From assembly GCF_009914755.1 (NCBI RefSeq), contig NC_060940.1: DNA of 64,000 bases. One strand, 5' to 3'. The position numbers and the translations under genes are program-made. This document shows, one piece after another, positions 61,267 through 64,000 of the stretch. The first letter of the stretch is position 1. Each line of letters opens with the position of its first letter. Below the pieces are notes generated by a model. It was given only the letters and a program-made list of their open reading frames with translations, made no database searches and had not been told where the DNA came from. Source of the DNA: the human T2T-CHM13v2.0 reference genome, Homo sapiens.

Positions 61267-61325
61267 TATTAGGTTGGGGCGAAAGTAATTTCTGTTTCTG
61301 CCATTACTTTTGCCCCAACCTAATA
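61267..61325. mobile_element. MADE1 (Hsmar1-derived MITE), internally deleted, TA-flanked
   Basis: ta-ttaggttggggcgaaagtaatt...attacttttgccccaacctaa-ta. Confidence 0.88.
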
Positions 61326-61617
61326 CCTCCCAGCAAAATGCAGGGGTTGCGGAGAGAAAGGGAGTGATGTATGGAGAGTCAGTCATAGTACATGTGCAAT
61401 TCAAGATACCTGGGTGGGCATAGTAGTCTTTCCCCTGGAGTTCTATGTCATTGCAGCCTCCCCTCCCATCACAGCATAATTTAAGTGAAGCAGGTTTAAC
61501 GGGTGGTCAGTATTTACCAGAGCCAGCCTTCTGCTTCTGGCCAGCTGGGTGACTTGACTAGCAGACCATTACTCCATGTGGGCCACCGTTTCCCATGAAT
61601 AGAGTGCGACATTTGAA

Positions 61618-61760
61618 CTAAATGAACCTAGGTTTCTCCCATGGAGTGCAGTTTCTCCCTAAATGAACCTAGGTTTCTCCCATGGAGTGCAGTTTCTCCC
61701 TAAATGAACCCAGGTTTCTCCCATGGAGTGCAGTTTCTCCCTAAATGAACCCAGGTTTCT
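61618..61760. repeat. 41-bp minisatellite, 3.5 copies
   Basis: ctaaatgaacc(t/c)aggtttctcccatggagtgcagtttctcc at 61618, 61659 and 61700, partial copy at 61741. Confidence 0.95.
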
Positions 61761-62192
61761 TCAAAATTCTAGAGGCTCTGACTCTAGCAGCTGCAATTGG
61801 ACTCTTCCCTAGAAGCATCTCGCTGAGTCTGAGAAAGGCACGTCAATGATTCTTCAAGGGAAGTAGGGGGAAGCAGAGGCAGTGCCATTCACAATGAGCC
61901 ACGGCTGCTGACAGCAGTTCTGTAACCATCCGGTGTGTTTAGACGGGAGAAAGAGCTTGAGAATCGCGATTATATGGATCATCTCTCTCTAGATGGACTT
62001 CTTTTATGGGAGATAATACTGAGGTTAAGAGGTTAAGCAACTTGCTCAGGTCACGCAGCAATTTATAATATAACAAGATATTTATGAGTAAAACATATAT
62101 GAACTAATTATATATCTGATAGTCGTTTTTAAGGAGGAAGAAGTTACCATAAGAAAAAGAAAAACAGGACTTGGGTGTTATACCATGAATCA

Positions 62193-62195
<3 letters not shown>

Positions 62196-62231
<36 letters not shown>
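62196..62231. repeat. (TG)n microsatellite
   Basis: Read directly from the sequence. Confidence 0.95.
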
Positions 62232-62235
<4 letters not shown>

Positions 62236-62347
62236 TAATTTTTTCAGCAAATTAAAAACAAAGCCTAAGAAAAATGAGAACTTCCTGAACAAAAATATTC
62301 AAAATGATGACTAACTAGAAAGTATCAGAAACCACATTTTCCTTAAC

Positions 62348-62655
62348 CAGTACTGTCTCATACAAATATAACATAAGTCACACAAGTAAGTTTAAATTTT
62401 CTAGTAGGTGCATCAAAAAAGCAAAAAGAACCAGGTAAAATTAATTTTAATAATGTACTTTAACCCATATCTAAAATGTGACTTCATTGTATAATCAATA
62501 TGATAAATTATTCACATATTTGACCTTTTTTTACTAAGTTGTTAGAATCCAGTGTGTATTTATTTTGCACTTGTGGCATGTCTCGATTAGGACGAGCCAC
62601 ATTTCAAATGCTTAGTAACCACACATGGCTACTGGCTACAGCATTGTACAGTGTG
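62348..62655 (+). mobile_element. MER33-like MITE
   Basis: aattaattttaataatg...gaatccagtgtgtatttatt...gccacatttcaaatgcttagtaaccacacatggctactggctac. Confidence 0.75.
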
Positions 62656-63367
62656 GCAAAAGTTTCTCTCCTTTTTCTCTTTTCCCAGGCTCTGTTGAAA
62701 TTTTTCTTTCAGAAAAATATTTAAATAGGATATACTCTGACTTTGAAAAAATACACATATGTGTATGTTTATATAAGTATATGAATATATACATGCATAT
62801 TTCTATCTATCTACCTGTCTAATATCTGTCATCGATCTATCTACCTACCTACCTACCTGTACATCTATCTCTCTAGAGATCTTCTCCACAAAAGCAAGGA
62901 AAGAGAATCTCTGACACTATATTTTCTTAATGAAGTTGGAGAAGTTTTTGCAGTTCTCATTATTTCATTTCAGGCTTTCAGATGTTCAGGAGCCCTTTAC
63001 TAGAAGGTTGATAGATTAATAATCTCCCCACTAAGCTTATAGCTTAGCAGACCTCCATGGTGGCCATGATGAGGATTCCTTTAACACATGATTGGCCCTT
63101 AGTCCCCATTTCTCTGGTGTGAGTTTTCAGCTTTTGTTACCACATCAAAGCTCCGGCAATTTGTGCAGGAAACCCCTTGAAGCAATCATGAACCCACTTG
63201 TACTGTAAGAGTTCTTACTTCCATGTCCTAAAAGAATAATAACCACAAAAGGATATTTCCTTGCTAATGGACTGGGGAGAATGGACTGTGACAAAGGCTG
63301 GTTTCTCATTGCCAGGATTTTAATGAGGGGACTCACCTGAAAATGTCTAGTGCACATTAGGCTCTTC

Positions 63368-63810
63368 TAATAGTTTCCGAGAGCTGGAGTAACAGATTAC
63401 CACTAACTCAAATGGCTTAAAACAACAGAAATGTGTTTTCTCACAGTTCTAGTGGTTAGAATTCCATATTCATGGTTTCGGCAGGGCTGTACTCCCTCCG
63501 AAGGCTCCAGGGGAGGATCCTTCCCCACCCCTTCCTAGATGCTGGTGGCTCCTGGCAGTCCTTGGCATTCCCTGCAGGTGCATCTTGCCAACCTCTGCTT
63601 CCATTGTCTCATGACCTCCTCTTCTGCCTCTCTGTCTGTGTGTCCTCATGTGTTTTTGTAAGGACACCAGTCTTTGAGTTTAGAGCCTACCCTAATCTAA
63701 AATGACCGTAACTTTGTCACATCTGCAAAGGCCTTATTTCCAAATAAGGTTGCATTCTGAGGTTCTGGATGAACATGGATTTTGGGGAGGCATCATTTAA
63801 CCCAGAGCAA
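63368..63810 (-). mobile_element. MLT1B/C-like MaLR LTR
   Basis: tggcttaaaacaacagaaatgtgttttctcacagttctag...catctgcaaaggccttatttccaaataaggt. Confidence 0.8.
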
Positions 63811-64000
63811 CTGTCACTAAAATTTTCCTACCAAGATCCCTTACTCTAGTTTAATTGGCCTCTTATTCAAGGCCTACTCCATAAGTTATTTTGGAATATA
63901 GAATTTCAGAACAGAAATGGGATCTGATGATTGCCTAGTTCAGTGGAACCCTTTCTTTAAATGGAAATTTAGTCACAGTAAAGGACAGAAAAGAACGCGA

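Noticed and set aside
61618-61760. CRISPR-like array
   Set aside because: Units are head-to-tail with no unique spacers, there are no cas genes, and the context is a human intron.

Overview
Human genomic DNA with the gene on the + strand. I recognise it as the interior of CDH13 (T-/H-cadherin, 16q23.3): the 3' end of intron 1, the 112-nt coding exon 2 at 15124-15235 ([37 protein letters not shown]), and about 49 kb of intron 2. The window includes the empty (non-insertion) allele of the PV92 Alu polymorphism; the recalled primer pair spans 416 bp at 34970-35385. The rest is intronic and rich in repeats: about 16 Alus, a near full-length Tigger1, a two-LTR THE1D provirus, THE1/MLT1/LTR16/LTR33-type LTRs, L1/L2/MIR fragments, MER and MADE1 MITEs, and microsatellites. 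None of the supplied ORFs looks like a real gene, and I found no evidence of a new multi-gene system. The most interesting local structures are: (1) an inverted Y1-RNA/L1 composite inside one 16-bp target-site duplication (TSD); (2) an 84-nt in-frame, stop-free candidate cassette exon; (3) two AluY-like elements inverted tail-to-tail about 20 bp apart; (4) a ~670-bp AT-rich block bounded by 42-bp direct repeats; (5) a MADE1 hairpin with matching changes in both arms; (6) several small templated duplications. Repeat subfamily names come from memory of consensus sequences, and repeat boundaries are approximate unless a TSD is cited.
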